Below are positions 48,036 through 57,224 of a DNA stretch of 64,000 bases, in pieces (the first letter of the stretch is position 1; the number at the start of each line of letters is the position of its first letter). The notes beneath the pieces are model-generated. The model searched no databases. It was not told where the DNA came from and was given only the letters and a program-made list of their open reading frames with translations. The position numbers were made by a program, and so were the translations under genes. The stretch is from positions 608,001-672,000 of the forward strand of contig JBHYGA010000001.1 of assembly GCA_051859245.1 (NCBI GenBank), written 5' to 3'. This DNA comes from Gemmatimonadaceae bacterium. Its GTDB lineage: Bacteria; Gemmatimonadota; Gemmatimonadetes; Gemmatimonadales; Gemmatimonadaceae.

Positions 48036-50803
48036 ACCTTGTTTGACGCCAACTGACGCAGCACGTAATGCAGAATGCCACCGTGTGCGTAGTACTGCAG
48101 CTCTTCCGGCGTATCAATGCGACAACGCACGGCGAACGTCGCCACTGATCCATCGGCGCGCGTTGCGTGCACCGTGAGCGTGGCACGATGCGAGAGCGTC
48201 GAATCGAGCCCGGCGATCGTGATCGTTTCGAAACCGGTCAGGCCGAGTGTCTGACGCGTCTGGCCATCCGTAAACTCAAGTGGCAACACACCCATGCCCA
48301 CAAGATTCGAGCGGTGAATGCGCTCAAACGACTCGGCAATCACGGCGCGCACGCCGAGCAACGCCACACCCTTGGCCGCCCAGTCGCGCGACGAACCCGT
48401 GCCGTATTCCTTGCCCGCAATAATCACCAGCGGTGTACCGGCCGCCTGCCACTCCATGGCCGCGTCGTACAACGCTACCGCTTCGCCGCCCGGCGTGGTG
48501 GCTGTCCACCAGCCTTCCTTACCCGGCGTGAGTTCGTTCTTGAGACGAATGTTCGCGAGCGTACCGCGCATCATCACTTCATGATTGCCGCGACGTGAAC
48601 CGTACGAGTTGAAGTCCGCACGCTCCACACCCTGCGACTGCAGCCACTTGCCCGCGGGCGACGCACCAGCAATCGCACCGGCCGGTGAAATGTGGTCGGT
48701 GGTAATGGAATCGCCGTACATGCCAATCACACGCGCGCCGGCAATCGGCTGCACACCGGGTGGCGTCATCGTCATGCCTTCAAAGTACGGCGGATGCTGC
48801 ACGTACGTGCTCGACTCACTCCAGGTATAGCGATCACTGCTCGGCGCGTTGATCTGCTGCCACAGCGCGTCACCGTCAAACACATTCGCGTACTGTTCCG
48901 TGAACTGTTCGCGCTTCACACTCGTGAGAATCGTGTCCTGCACCTCCTGCGCGCTTGGCCACACGTCACGCAGGAACACCGGACCGTTCGCACCAACGCC
49001 GAGCGGCTCTGTGGCAAAGTCAATGTCCATGCGACCCGCCAACGCGTACGCCACAACCAGTGGCGGTGACGCCAGGTAGTTGAAGCGCGTGAGCGGATTG
49101 ACACGACCTTCAAAGTTGCGATTGCCGGAGAGCACGGCAGCAACATTGAGCTTGCCCTGTTCAATCGCTTCCGTGATGGGCTCGGGCAGCGGACCAGAGT
49201 TGCCAATGCACGTGGTGCAGCCGTAGCCCACGGTGTTGAAACCGAGTGCATCAAGCGCTGGCGTGACACCCGCCTTGTTGAAGTACTCGGTAACAACCTT
49301 CGATCCCGGCGCGAGTGACGTCTTCACCCACGGCTTCGTGCGCAATCCCTGCGCCACGGCCTTCTGGGCGAGTAGGCCGGCCGCGAGCATCACGCTCGGA
49401 TTCGAGGTATTCGTGCACGACGTGATTGCGGCAATCACCACATGACCGTGATTCATCGTGAACTGTTCGTCGCGATACGAACACGCCACACCGGAATCCA
49501 CCACGTCCACCGGCGCACCTTCCGCAACCATCGTGGCTTCGGCACTGCCAGGCGCAGGCTTCGCCGCCGCAACAGAAGGCGCGAGCTGCGACGCCAACTG
49601 CTGCGCCAGCGCTTCGCGGAACATCTTCTTGGACGCGCTGAGTGGCACGCGATCCTGCGGACGCTTCGGGCCGGCGAGGCTCGGCTCCACCGTGCTCAGA
49701 TCCAGCGACAGCGTATCGGTGAACTCCGGATCGGGCTGATCATCCGTGCGGAACAACCCCTGCGCCTTGCAGTACGCTTCCACCAACGCCACCTGTTCAT
49801 CACTGCGGCCCGTGAGACGCAGGTACTTGAGCGTTTCTGCGTCGACCGGGAAGAAGCCCATGGTCGCTCCGTATTCCGGCGCCATGTTCGCGATCGTGGC
49901 ACGATCGGCCAGCGACAACGACGAAATGCCGGGGCCGTAGAACTCAACAAACTTGCCCACGACTTTCTTTTTGCGCAGCATCTCCACGCACGTGAGCACG
50001 AGATCCGTGGCTGTTGCGCCTGCAGGCAGCTTGCCATGCAAACGGAACCCCACCACTTCCGGCACGAGCATCGACACCGGCTGACCAAGCATGGCCGCTT
50101 CGGCTTCAATACCACCCACGCCCCAGCCAAGCACACCGAGACCGTTGATCATCGTGGTGTGCGAGTCGGTGCCGACGAGCGAGTCGCAGTAGGCCAGCGT
50201 TTCGCCGTCTTGCTGCATGGTGAACACCACGTGCGCGAGGTACTCGAGATTCACCTGATGGCAAATACCCGTACCCGGCGGCACCACGCGGAAGTTGTTC
50301 AGCGCCTGCTGTCCCCACTTGAGAAACTCGTAACGCTCCGTGTTGCGCTCAAACTCCTTCTCCACGTTCAACAGCGCCGAGGCTTCGGTGCCGTACTCGT
50401 CCACCTGCACGGAGTGATCGATGACCAGATCCACGGGCTGCAGCGGATTAATGCGCGTGGGGTCGCCGCCCAGTTTTACGATGGCATCACGCATGGCCGC
50501 GAGATCCACCACGCAGGGCACGCCGGTGAAGTCCTGCAACAAGACGCGTGCGGTACGAAACGCGATTTCCTTGTCGACGGGACGCGTGACATCCCAGCGC
50601 GCGAGTGATTCGATGTCGCTGCGATGCACAAACGCCCCGTCTTCACCACGCAGCAGATTCTCGAGCAGAATCTTGAGCGAAAAGGGAAGCGAGGCGATGC
50701 GATTGCCGTCGAGTGATTCGAGGGCGCCAAGACGGTAGTACGAGTACGACCGCGAACCCACCGTAAGTGAGGCGCGGCTGCCGAACGAGTTGGGATGTGT
50801 CAT
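48032..50803 (-). CDS. acnA: Aconitate hydratase A
   Basis: 'QDFTGVP', 'DHSVQVD', 'DSHTT', 'SCTNTSN', '[10 protein letters not shown]', 'NRNFEGR', '[10 protein letters not shown]'; start ATG 50803. Confidence 0.97.
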   Translation of the reverse strand: MTHPNSFGSRASLTVGSRSYSYYRLGALESLDGNRIASLPFSLKILLENLLRGEDGAFVHRSDIESLARWDVTRPVDKEIAFRTARVLLQDFTGVPCVVDLAAMRDAIVKLGGDPTRINPLQPVDLVIDHSVQVDEYGTEASALLNVEKEFERNTERYEFLKWGQQALNNFRVVPPGTGICHQVNLEYLAHVVFTMQQDGETLAYCDSLVGTDSHTTMINGLGVLGWGVGGIEAEAAMLGQPVSMLVPEVVGFRLHGKLPAGATATDLVLTCVEMLRKKKVVGKFVEFYGPGISSLSLADRATIANMAPEYGATMGFFPVDAETLKYLRLTGRSDEQVALVEAYCKAQGLFRTDDQPDPEFTDTLSLDLSTVEPSLAGPKRPQDRVPLSASKKMFREALAQQLASQLAPSVAAAKPAPGSAEATMVAEGAPVDVVDSGVACSYRDEQFTMNHGHVVIAAITSCTNTSNPSVMLAAGLLAQKAVAQGLRTKPWVKTSLAPGSKVVTEYFNKAGVTPALDALGFNTVGYGCTTCIGNSGPLPEPITEAIEQGKLNVAAVLSGNRNFEGRVNPLTRFNYLASPPLVVAYALAGRMDIDFATEPLGVGANGPVFLRDVWPSAQEVQDTILTSVKREQFTEQYANVFDGDALWQQINAPSSDRYTWSESSTYVQHPPYFEGMTMTPPGVQPIAGARVIGMYGDSITTDHISPAGAIAGASPAGKWLQSQGVERADFNSYGSRRGNHEVMMRGTLANIRLKNELTPGKEGWWTATTPGGEAVALYDAAMEWQAAGTPLVIIAGKEYGTGSSRDWAAKGVALLGVRAVIAESFERIHRSNLVGMGVLPLEFTDGQTRQTLGLTGFETITIAGLDSTLSHRATLTVHATRADGSVATFAVRCRIDTPEELQYYAHGGILHYVLRQLASNKV

Positions 50804-50974
50804 GAGGCACGAGAGTACGGCGCGCGGAACCCTTCGGGTGTCCGTCACGGCGTCCGGAGTGGAGCCACTCGCCGCCCAGTCCGGGCAACCCGCGGTCGCG
50901 GCGAGGCTACGTGTAATCTAGTGGCCCGACGCAATGCTCGGCCAACTGCCGGTCAGGCCGTGGGCATCGCTCGC

Positions 50975-52075
50975 TCAGTCTGCGCCGACCTGAGCCAGCG
51001 CCGAGGGGGGCGTCAGGTGACGGTCTCGGCTCCGCACCGAGATGGCGCCGGTCGGACACTGCCGCACAAACGAGCCGTCGGCCGGGCTCCACTCGAGATT
51101 CGGGGTGGTAGCGAAGGCTTTGCCGCTGGCGTCGATGGCCATCAGGTGCGGAGCCTGCGCTACGCACTGACCGCAGCCAACGCAGGCGTCGCGGTTCACA
51201 CTGATCGCAATACGACGACGCGGAAAGACGCCGCCGCGCGCACTGAGCACCTTGTCAAAATCCAACAGCGCTTCGTTCATGGCATCGTAACCGAGCTGCA
51301 GCAACTCGGCGGTGTGCTGAAAGCCAAACCATGAAATGTGCGACACGCGCGGCCGCACCAGCAGCATAGGCGGACCTTGCCAGCGTTCGAGTACACGCGA
51401 CTGGAGCGCATGCATCATGAGTGTGGCGGCGCGCATGTACACAGACGCAAAGCCCTGTTGCGCAATTCCCGCCGCCGCCGGCACGTCACCGATTCCCACG
51501 TCGATCGCGATGACCGCGTCTACACCGAGCGACGCGATGCTGACCGGCAGGTTGTCCGTGGTGCCACCATCAATGCACGGACGTCCGTTCACCACGCCCG
51601 GCGGAAAGAATCCGGGCAGTGCGCACGACGCATACACCGCGTCCCGCACACTGACATTGCGCATGCCGGGCGTTCCCCAGACGACTTCGAGACCCTGCTC
51701 AATGTCCACCGAGGTGACAAGGAGCGGCGTGCGCAGTTCCGCGAAGGTCCCTTCGGGCACCACGTGATCGCACAGCGCACGCAGCGGCGCTTCCAGGTAG
51801 ATGGACCGCGACTGCATGCGGTCCATGAGCATGCCCATGTGATTGATGCGAAACAGATCCTTCCGTCGCAGCGCGATGGCGCGTTCGGCCATCGTGTTGA
51901 CGTCCATCCCGCCGGCCGCAGCGGCGGCGACAAGCGCCCCAATGCTGGAGCCTGCAAAGACGCTGGGTTGGACACCATGTTCGGCCAGCGCGCGCAACGC
52001 GCCGATGTGTGCGAAACCCTTTAGCGCACCGCCGCCGAGGACGAGGGCAATTCGCGGAGTCGAGGTCGGTGTCAT
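50975..52075 (-). CDS. Patatin-like phospholipase fused to a C-terminal [4Fe-4S] ferredoxin domain
   Basis: 'LGGGALKG', 'GSSIG' and 'DGG', then 'VNRDACVGCGQCVAQAP...QCPTGAI' in the same frame; start ATG 52075. Confidence 0.88.
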   Translation of the reverse strand: MTPTSTPRIALVLGGGALKGFAHIGALRALAEHGVQPSVFAGSSIGALVAAAAAGGMDVNTMAERAIALRRKDLFRINHMGMLMDRMQSRSIYLEAPLRALCDHVVPEGTFAELRTPLLVTSVDIEQGLEVVWGTPGMRNVSVRDAVYASCALPGFFPPGVVNGRPCIDGGTTDNLPVSIASLGVDAVIAIDVGIGDVPAAAGIAQQGFASVYMRAATLMMHALQSRVLERWQGPPMLLVRPRVSHISWFGFQHTAELLQLGYDAMNEALLDFDKVLSARGGVFPRRRIAISVNRDACVGCGQCVAQAPHLMAIDASGKAFATTPNLEWSPADGSFVRQCPTGAISVRSRDRHLTPPSALAQVGAD

Positions 52076-52108
52076 GCGGCGAGCACGAGGCACTGGTAGA
52101 TTGCAAAC

Positions 52109-52807
52109 ATGCGTATTCTGCTGGTAGAAGACGACGCGGATCTGCGAGAAACGGTGTCCGCTTATCTGCGCGCAACGGGGTTTGCGGTTGACGCCGTCGC
52201 CACAGGGAAGATGGCGCTCGCGCAGGCCGCCGTCAGCCCCTTCGACGCAATCGTGCTCGACGTGTTGCTGCCCGATACCGACGGCTTCGCCGTGTGCCGC
52301 TCGCTCCGTGCGCAGGGGAACGACGCACGGATCCTGATGGCCACGGCGCGTGACGCGGTCGAGGATCGCATCACAGGTCTGGATGGCGGCGCCGACGACT
52401 ACATCGTCAAACCGTACGCGCTTGGCGAGCTGGTGGCGCGACTGCGTGCGTTGTTGCGGCGGCCGACCGAAGGTCTGCCCACGCATTTGGTTGTGGGTGA
52501 CCTGCGGTTGGATCCGGCGACGCGCACGGCCGCGCGCGGTGCACGCGCCATTCCACTCACGACCAAAGAATTCGCGGTGCTCGAAGTGCTCATGCGACGA
52601 GCCGGCACCGTGGTAACTCGGGAACGACTTGGTCAACACGCGTGGGATGACAACTTTGATCCCGCCAGCAATGTGATTGATGTGTATATCGCACGCTTGC
52701 GCAGAAAGATCGACCATGGCGATGACACTCCGCTGCTCGAAACCGTGCGTGGGGCCGGGTATCGACTAGGGCAGTCGCCCGCGGGCGCGGTAGCCCGCTC
52801 GCGTTGA
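52109..52807 (+). CDS. OmpR-family response regulator (CusR/CzcR-like)
   Basis: 'ILLVEDD', 'LDVLLP', 'GADDYIVKP', 'NVIDVYIARLRRKI', 'TVRGAGY'. Confidence 0.95.
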   Translation: MRILLVEDDADLRETVSAYLRATGFAVDAVATGKMALAQAAVSPFDAIVLDVLLPDTDGFAVCRSLRAQGNDARILMATARDAVEDRITGLDGGADDYIVKPYALGELVARLRALLRRPTEGLPTHLVVGDLRLDPATRTAARGARAIPLTTKEFAVLEVLMRRAGTVVTRERLGQHAWDDNFDPASNVIDVYIARLRRKIDHGDDTPLLETVRGAGYRLGQSPAGAVARSR

Positions 52808-54210
52808 GCATGCACACCACCGCTCGCCCTCGCCTGCGCACACGTCTGATCGCGTGGTACGCGGGCACGTTGTGTGTGGTGCTGCTCGCTGCGGCCGCGT
52901 CTACGCGTTACATCGTGCGCCGGACGCTGGATCGCGCGCACGATGAAAGTGTCGTGTCATCCATTGAACTCTTTCGACAGTTTTTTCGTGTAGAAATCGC
53001 GGAGTACCGCGCGGTTGATGCCACACTCGCCCACATTGCGAGCGAGTTGGTGTTTGAGGACCGCGTGATCGATGTGCATCGCCCAGACGGCACGCTGTTC
53101 GTGCCACCCGGCGCCCGACCGACTCCTCGCGTAGCGCTGCGGCCTCCGGTCCGCGATGTCTCGGCACCGCTCGATCCCGAGTTGGCGCCGGGTTGGACGA
53201 TCGATGTGCACGCCAGCACGGCCACGCTCGACGCGGCGGCACGGCGCGTGGACTACTGGCTGCTGGGCGGCATTCCGTTGGTCGTGTGCATTGCTGCGCT
53301 GCTCGGCTGGTGGTTGGCAGGTCGCGCATTGCGTCCGATCGGTCGTATGGCCGCCGAGGCCGGAACGCTCGACGTTCGCGCGGGCTCACGATTGTCACTC
53401 CAGGATCCCGATGACGAGCTTGGTCGATTTGGCGCGAGCTTTAACGCGGTGCTCGATCGCCTGGATCTCGCGCTCAGTCAGCAACGACGATTCCTGACAG
53501 ACGCCGCGCACGAACTTCGTACGCCCATCGCGCGGCTTCGTTCGCGCGCTGAGTTGGGACGCCTGTCATTGGCGAACACGTCGGCCGATCAGGCGCGCGA
53601 CGTGGCCGACGAAACACTCGGCGCGCTCGAGCGCGAGCTGCGGGCCACATCGGATGTGGTGGGTGGACTGTTGTCACTCGCGCGTGCGGAATCAGGCGCC
53701 AGTACGCTGACGCTCACAAACGGCTTTGTTGACGATGTAGTCAGCGAGGAGTTGCCGCGTTGGCAGGAATCAGCGAACGCCGCAGGAATGACGATTGCGC
53801 TTGGAGAGTTTGAAGAAGTCGCGGCCGTGTTTGACGCGTCGTTGGTGCGTCGATTGATCGCGCTCCTGCTCGACAACGCCGTGAACTACGGATCAGCAGG
53901 CGACACGATCACCGTGCACTGCACCGCGCGGGAGCATCAGGTACGCCTGATGGTGGAAGATGAAGGCATTGGCATTCCTGTCGCCGAGCGCGGCGCCGTG
54001 TTCGCGCGCTTTCATCGGACGGCGGTAGCGCGAGCCCATCGTGCCGATGGAAGTGGGCTTGGCCTCGCGCTCGCACAGTGGATTGTCGAACAGCACGGCG
54101 GTTCCATCAGCGCCACAGACCGAGCAGACGGCCGGCCCGGAGTGGCCATGATTGCGAGCTGGCCTACCGAGGTTGCCGCGTTAGCGTTCAGTCCAGCTGC
54201 GCGCGCGTAG
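52804..54210 (+). CDS. Sensor histidine kinase (HAMP, HisKA, HATPase)
   Basis: 'DAAHELRTP', 'LLDNAVNY', 'DEGIGI', 'GSGLGLA'. Confidence 0.95.
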   Translation: MSMHTTARPRLRTRLIAWYAGTLCVVLLAAAASTRYIVRRTLDRAHDESVVSSIELFRQFFRVEIAEYRAVDATLAHIASELVFEDRVIDVHRPDGTLFVPPGARPTPRVALRPPVRDVSAPLDPELAPGWTIDVHASTATLDAAARRVDYWLLGGIPLVVCIAALLGWWLAGRALRPIGRMAAEAGTLDVRAGSRLSLQDPDDELGRFGASFNAVLDRLDLALSQQRRFLTDAAHELRTPIARLRSRAELGRLSLANTSADQARDVADETLGALERELRATSDVVGGLLSLARAESGASTLTLTNGFVDDVVSEELPRWQESANAAGMTIALGEFEEVAAVFDASLVRRLIALLLDNAVNYGSAGDTITVHCTAREHQVRLMVEDEGIGIPVAERGAVFARFHRTAVARAHRADGSGLGLALAQWIVEQHGGSISATDRADGRPGVAMIASWPTEVAALAFSPAARA

Positions 54211-54547
54211 CCGGCGGTGCGTCGATTGCAGGCGCACGCGTTTTGGAGGCGGATGTCATGGATGGCACGCTGGTGATCCGATCGGCCGTTTCCCACGCCG
54301 TACGCAACTGCTCCAGTGTGCGAGCCGCTCCGAGAAAGTCACCACTCAACACGGCACGTTCGCACCAGTCGTAGATCCCGCCAATTCCGCCGGCTGATGG
54401 GGAATCGCACGGATGGGCCTCCTGCAACAGCGCAATTGAGCGGTACGCGCGAGAGGCATTGCGGGCGCGGCACGCACTGATCGCCTGGTCGTAGGCCGAC
54501 AGAAGCAGCTGGAGCGGAGAAGCCGAAGAAGCGGAAAGTGGGCGCAT
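54188..54547 (-). CDS. Short FliS-like flagellar chaperone homologue
   Basis: 'ASPLQLLLSAYDQAI', 'IYDWC' and 'LEQLRTAW' match FliS hallmarks; sigma-28-like promoter upstream. Confidence 0.65.
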   Translation of the reverse strand: MRPLSASSASPLQLLLSAYDQAISACRARNASRAYRSIALLQEAHPCDSPSAGGIGGIYDWCERAVLSGDFLGAARTLEQLRTAWETADRITSVPSMTSASKTRAPAIDAPPATRAQLD

Positions 54548-54629
54548 GAGTCGAAGGAGTGCGTCAGCGTTCGGAGCGTCATTGCGACGCGGGAGGTGGG
54601 AAGGGAGACTTTCATCGCCCTGCCTTAGG

Positions 54630-54657
54630 TATTCGGCTCGATGTCGCGCAGACTTTA
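54630..54657 (-). promoter_or_regulatory. Sigma-28-type promoter for the FliS-like gene
   Basis: Minus strand reads TAAA-N16-GCCGAATA. Confidence 0.6.
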
Positions 54658-54659
54658 GC

Positions 54660-54692
54660 GTTCATCAGGGGTTCATGTTCGATTTGTACATT
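54660..54692 (+). promoter_or_regulatory. OmpR-type direct-repeat box plus -10 element upstream of the efflux operon
   Basis: GTTCAT-caggg-GTTCAT (11-bp period) at the -35 position; TACATT at 54687-54692, 7 nt before ATG 54700. Confidence 0.55.
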
Positions 54693-54699
54693 GACCGTC

Positions 54700-56004
54700 A
54701 TGAGTCAGCCCCCACGATCAAAACGTGTGACACCTGGCGCCCGAATGCTCATCTGCCTGGCGCTGTTGTGTGCGTTGCCGGCAGCGACCGTGCGGTCGCA
54801 AGGCATATCGAGTGCCAGCGATTCTGTGCTCACCCTTCGAACGGCACTTCGTCTCGCCCAGCAACAGTCACCGGCACTCGCCCGAGTCGATGCGCAGGCG
54901 GATATGGCGTTCGGCAGTCTGCAAAGCAGCGCACAATGGCCGAATCCAACGCTGGAATACCGGCGAGAGAACCTTGGCGCTCCAATCTTGCCAGACGAAT
55001 TTGTCACGGCGTACGTACCCATCGATTTGACGGGACGCCGCATCAGGCTGGGGCGCGCCACGGATCAGGCGCGAAGCCGGGTGGGATTGGAGCGCCGCGC
55101 GGCACGCCGTGATGTGGAGCTTGAGATCACCCGAGCCTGGGTGGAAGCCATGTTGGCGGCGGATCTGCGCGAAACGGTACGCGTGCAAAAAGTCGCGGTG
55201 GACGAGATCGCGCGTGTGGACGCCCAGCGCGCGCTCGAAGGCGTGGTCGCGGAGGCGATTGCCATGCGCTCGCGCGTCGAAGCAAACCGCCTGGCGCATG
55301 AACTCACCATGGCTGAGTCGCGCGCCGCCCGCTCGCGCTTTGCACTGGCCACACTGATCGGCATCGCGTCGGATTCATTGCCGGCGCTGCCACACACGGC
55401 CGACGCGGCGGCCTCCGAGCTTCGTGCGGACAGTCTGCTCTCGAGCGACGCGGCCCTGATTACGCGTGCGCAGCGTGATCGCGCCGATTTCACCGCGTCA
55501 AGCATCGCCGTGGAGGAGGCCGTACTTCGTCGTCGCGCCGAGCGCACCAGTTTGTTCGGTGACTGGCAGCTTCAGGGCGGTACCAAGCGCACCAGCGGGT
55601 TCATGTCAGGGCAAGTGGGCTTGGCCGTTCCGCTGCCGGTGTTCAATCAGCAAAGCGGCGCCCGTTTGCAGTCGAGCGCTGCGGAGCGGGAGGCGCTCAC
55701 GGCGCGGCGCGCGCTCGAACTCGAGTTGGTGGGCGAAGTAACGGCCGCCGCCGATGCGCTGCGTCGCCTGCAGCAACTGGGAGACGTGCTGCAACGGTCA
55801 CCCCGCCTCGCAGAAGACATCGCGGCGAGTGCGGGCGTGAGCTACGCGGAGGGAAACATGTCGTTGCTCGAACTGCTCGATGCGCATCGTGCGGCCACCG
55901 ATGCGCGGCGCACCATGCATGAGTTTTACGCTGATCTGCTGATTGCACGCGCCACGCTGGCCCGTGCGCTTGGCGCACCTTTTGTGCCAGAGAACATTCC
56001 GTGA
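54700..56004 (+). CDS. TolC-family outer-membrane efflux protein (CzcC-like)
   Basis: 'WPNPTL', 'VPLPVFNQQSG', 'YAEGNMSLLELLDA'; first gene of a CBA operon. Confidence 0.88.
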   Translation: MSQPPRSKRVTPGARMLICLALLCALPAATVRSQGISSASDSVLTLRTALRLAQQQSPALARVDAQADMAFGSLQSSAQWPNPTLEYRRENLGAPILPDEFVTAYVPIDLTGRRIRLGRATDQARSRVGLERRAARRDVELEITRAWVEAMLAADLRETVRVQKVAVDEIARVDAQRALEGVVAEAIAMRSRVEANRLAHELTMAESRAARSRFALATLIGIASDSLPALPHTADAAASELRADSLLSSDAALITRAQRDRADFTASSIAVEEAVLRRRAERTSLFGDWQLQGGTKRTSGFMSGQVGLAVPLPVFNQQSGARLQSSAAEREALTARRALELELVGEVTAAADALRRLQQLGDVLQRSPRLAEDIAASAGVSYAEGNMSLLELLDAHRAATDARRTMHEFYADLLIARATLARALGAPFVPENIP

Positions 56005-57224
56005 TGAACCCAAAACTCGTCAAATCAACGCTTGCATCAGCTGCCATCGCGTTCGTGCTCTCGGCGTGCAGTGCAGAAACGCCGCCAGAGGAATCCGCGG
56101 TAACGGTCGCCGCGCCAGATACGGCGCTGCTCAGCGCAGACGCTGTAGCGATTGCCAACTTTGCCCTGGATACAGCCCGGATTGTGCCGTGGTCTTCCAC
56201 GGTGAGCGCTCCAGCGCGTGTCACGCTTGATCCGTCGCGTCACCAAACGCTGGGCAGCATCACCGAAGGACGCATTACACGTGTGCTGGTGCGCGTCGGT
56301 GATGCGGTTCGCGCGGGAGACATTCTCGTGGCGATTCACTCACATGAAATCATGGATGCGCGCAGTGGCGTGGTGCGCGCCGAATCGCAGCTGCGCACCG
56401 CCACGGCCGAACGAGACGCCGCACAGATCGCGGTGCAACGTGCGGAGCGATTGCTGGCCGCGCGCGCAATGGGTCAGGCTGATGTGGATCGCACGCGCGT
56501 GACGCTCACGGCAGCGCTCGCGCGATTTGATGAAGCGCAGGCGGAAACCGAACGTGCGCATGGCCTGCTCGAACACTTGCTGGGCGACGGACCAGTGCCA
56601 GCGAATCTGGATCCGCACGAAGTGCTGATCCGATCGCCCATGAACGGAGTGGTCACGGATCGAACCGCCGTGCCCGGCACGGTCGTGTTGCCGGGAGACC
56701 CGCTGCTGTCCGTTGCAGACCCAGCCGCGTTGCAGCTCGAGATCCGCCTGACGGATCGACAGGTCGCGGGCGTGTCGGCCGGTGATTCCATTCAGTTCTC
56801 CCTGGTTGGCAACGAGGCTGCCAACGCGAGCGGAACGGCGCGTGTGATTCGCGTGTCGCCAGTGCTTGATCAGGAAACCCGCACGACGCTGGTGATCGCG
56901 GCGATCATGCAAGCGCCCGCCGGAGTGCGCGCCGAGCGTTTTGCGAACGCATTGTTGACATCACGCGAGGCCGAACCAGCACTCGTTGTGCCCGCGCAGG
57001 CGATTCAATCGCTGGCGGGCGACACTGTGGTGATCGTCGCCGAACAACGTGGCGAGGGGTTGCACATTGTGGCCGTACCGGTACGGGTGGGGCGTCGGGA
57101 TGCTGCGCACGCCGAAATTCTCGCCGGACTTGAAGCGGGGCGCGTGGTGATTGCGCGTGGTGCAACGATTGCGCGCGCCGAGTTGCTCAAACGTCGCGAA
57201 GGAGAGGGTGGTGCAGAACACTGA
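56001..57224 (+). CDS. Heavy-metal RND periplasmic adaptor (CzcB-like)
   Basis: Lipobox LSAC; 'GRITRVLVRVGDAVRAGD', 'IRSPMNGVV', 'DQETRT'. Confidence 0.9.
   Translation: MMNPKLVKSTLASAAIAFVLSACSAETPPEESAVTVAAPDTALLSADAVAIANFALDTARIVPWSSTVSAPARVTLDPSRHQTLGSITEGRITRVLVRVGDAVRAGDILVAIHSHEIMDARSGVVRAESQLRTATAERDAAQIAVQRAERLLAARAMGQADVDRTRVTLTAALARFDEAQAETERAHGLLEHLLGDGPVPANLDPHEVLIRSPMNGVVTDRTAVPGTVVLPGDPLLSVADPAALQLEIRLTDRQVAGVSAGDSIQFSLVGNEAANASGTARVIRVSPVLDQETRTTLVIAAIMQAPAGVRAERFANALLTSREAEPALVVPAQAIQSLAGDTVVIVAEQRGEGLHIVAVPVRVGRRDAAHAEILAGLEAGRVVIARGATIARAELLKRREGEGGAEH

Noticed and set aside
50975..52075. Patatin as a CBASS CapV-type effector
   Set aside because: No nucleotidyltransferase or Cap genes are nearby; the sequence looks like the RssA/NTE-like housekeeping group.
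52076..52717. N-terminal extensions of track ORFs (patatin to 52717; likewise YtxJ to 22295 and S9 to 20251) as extra fused domains
   Set aside because: The extensions overlap well-supported genes on the other strand or frame, and better starts exist downstream.
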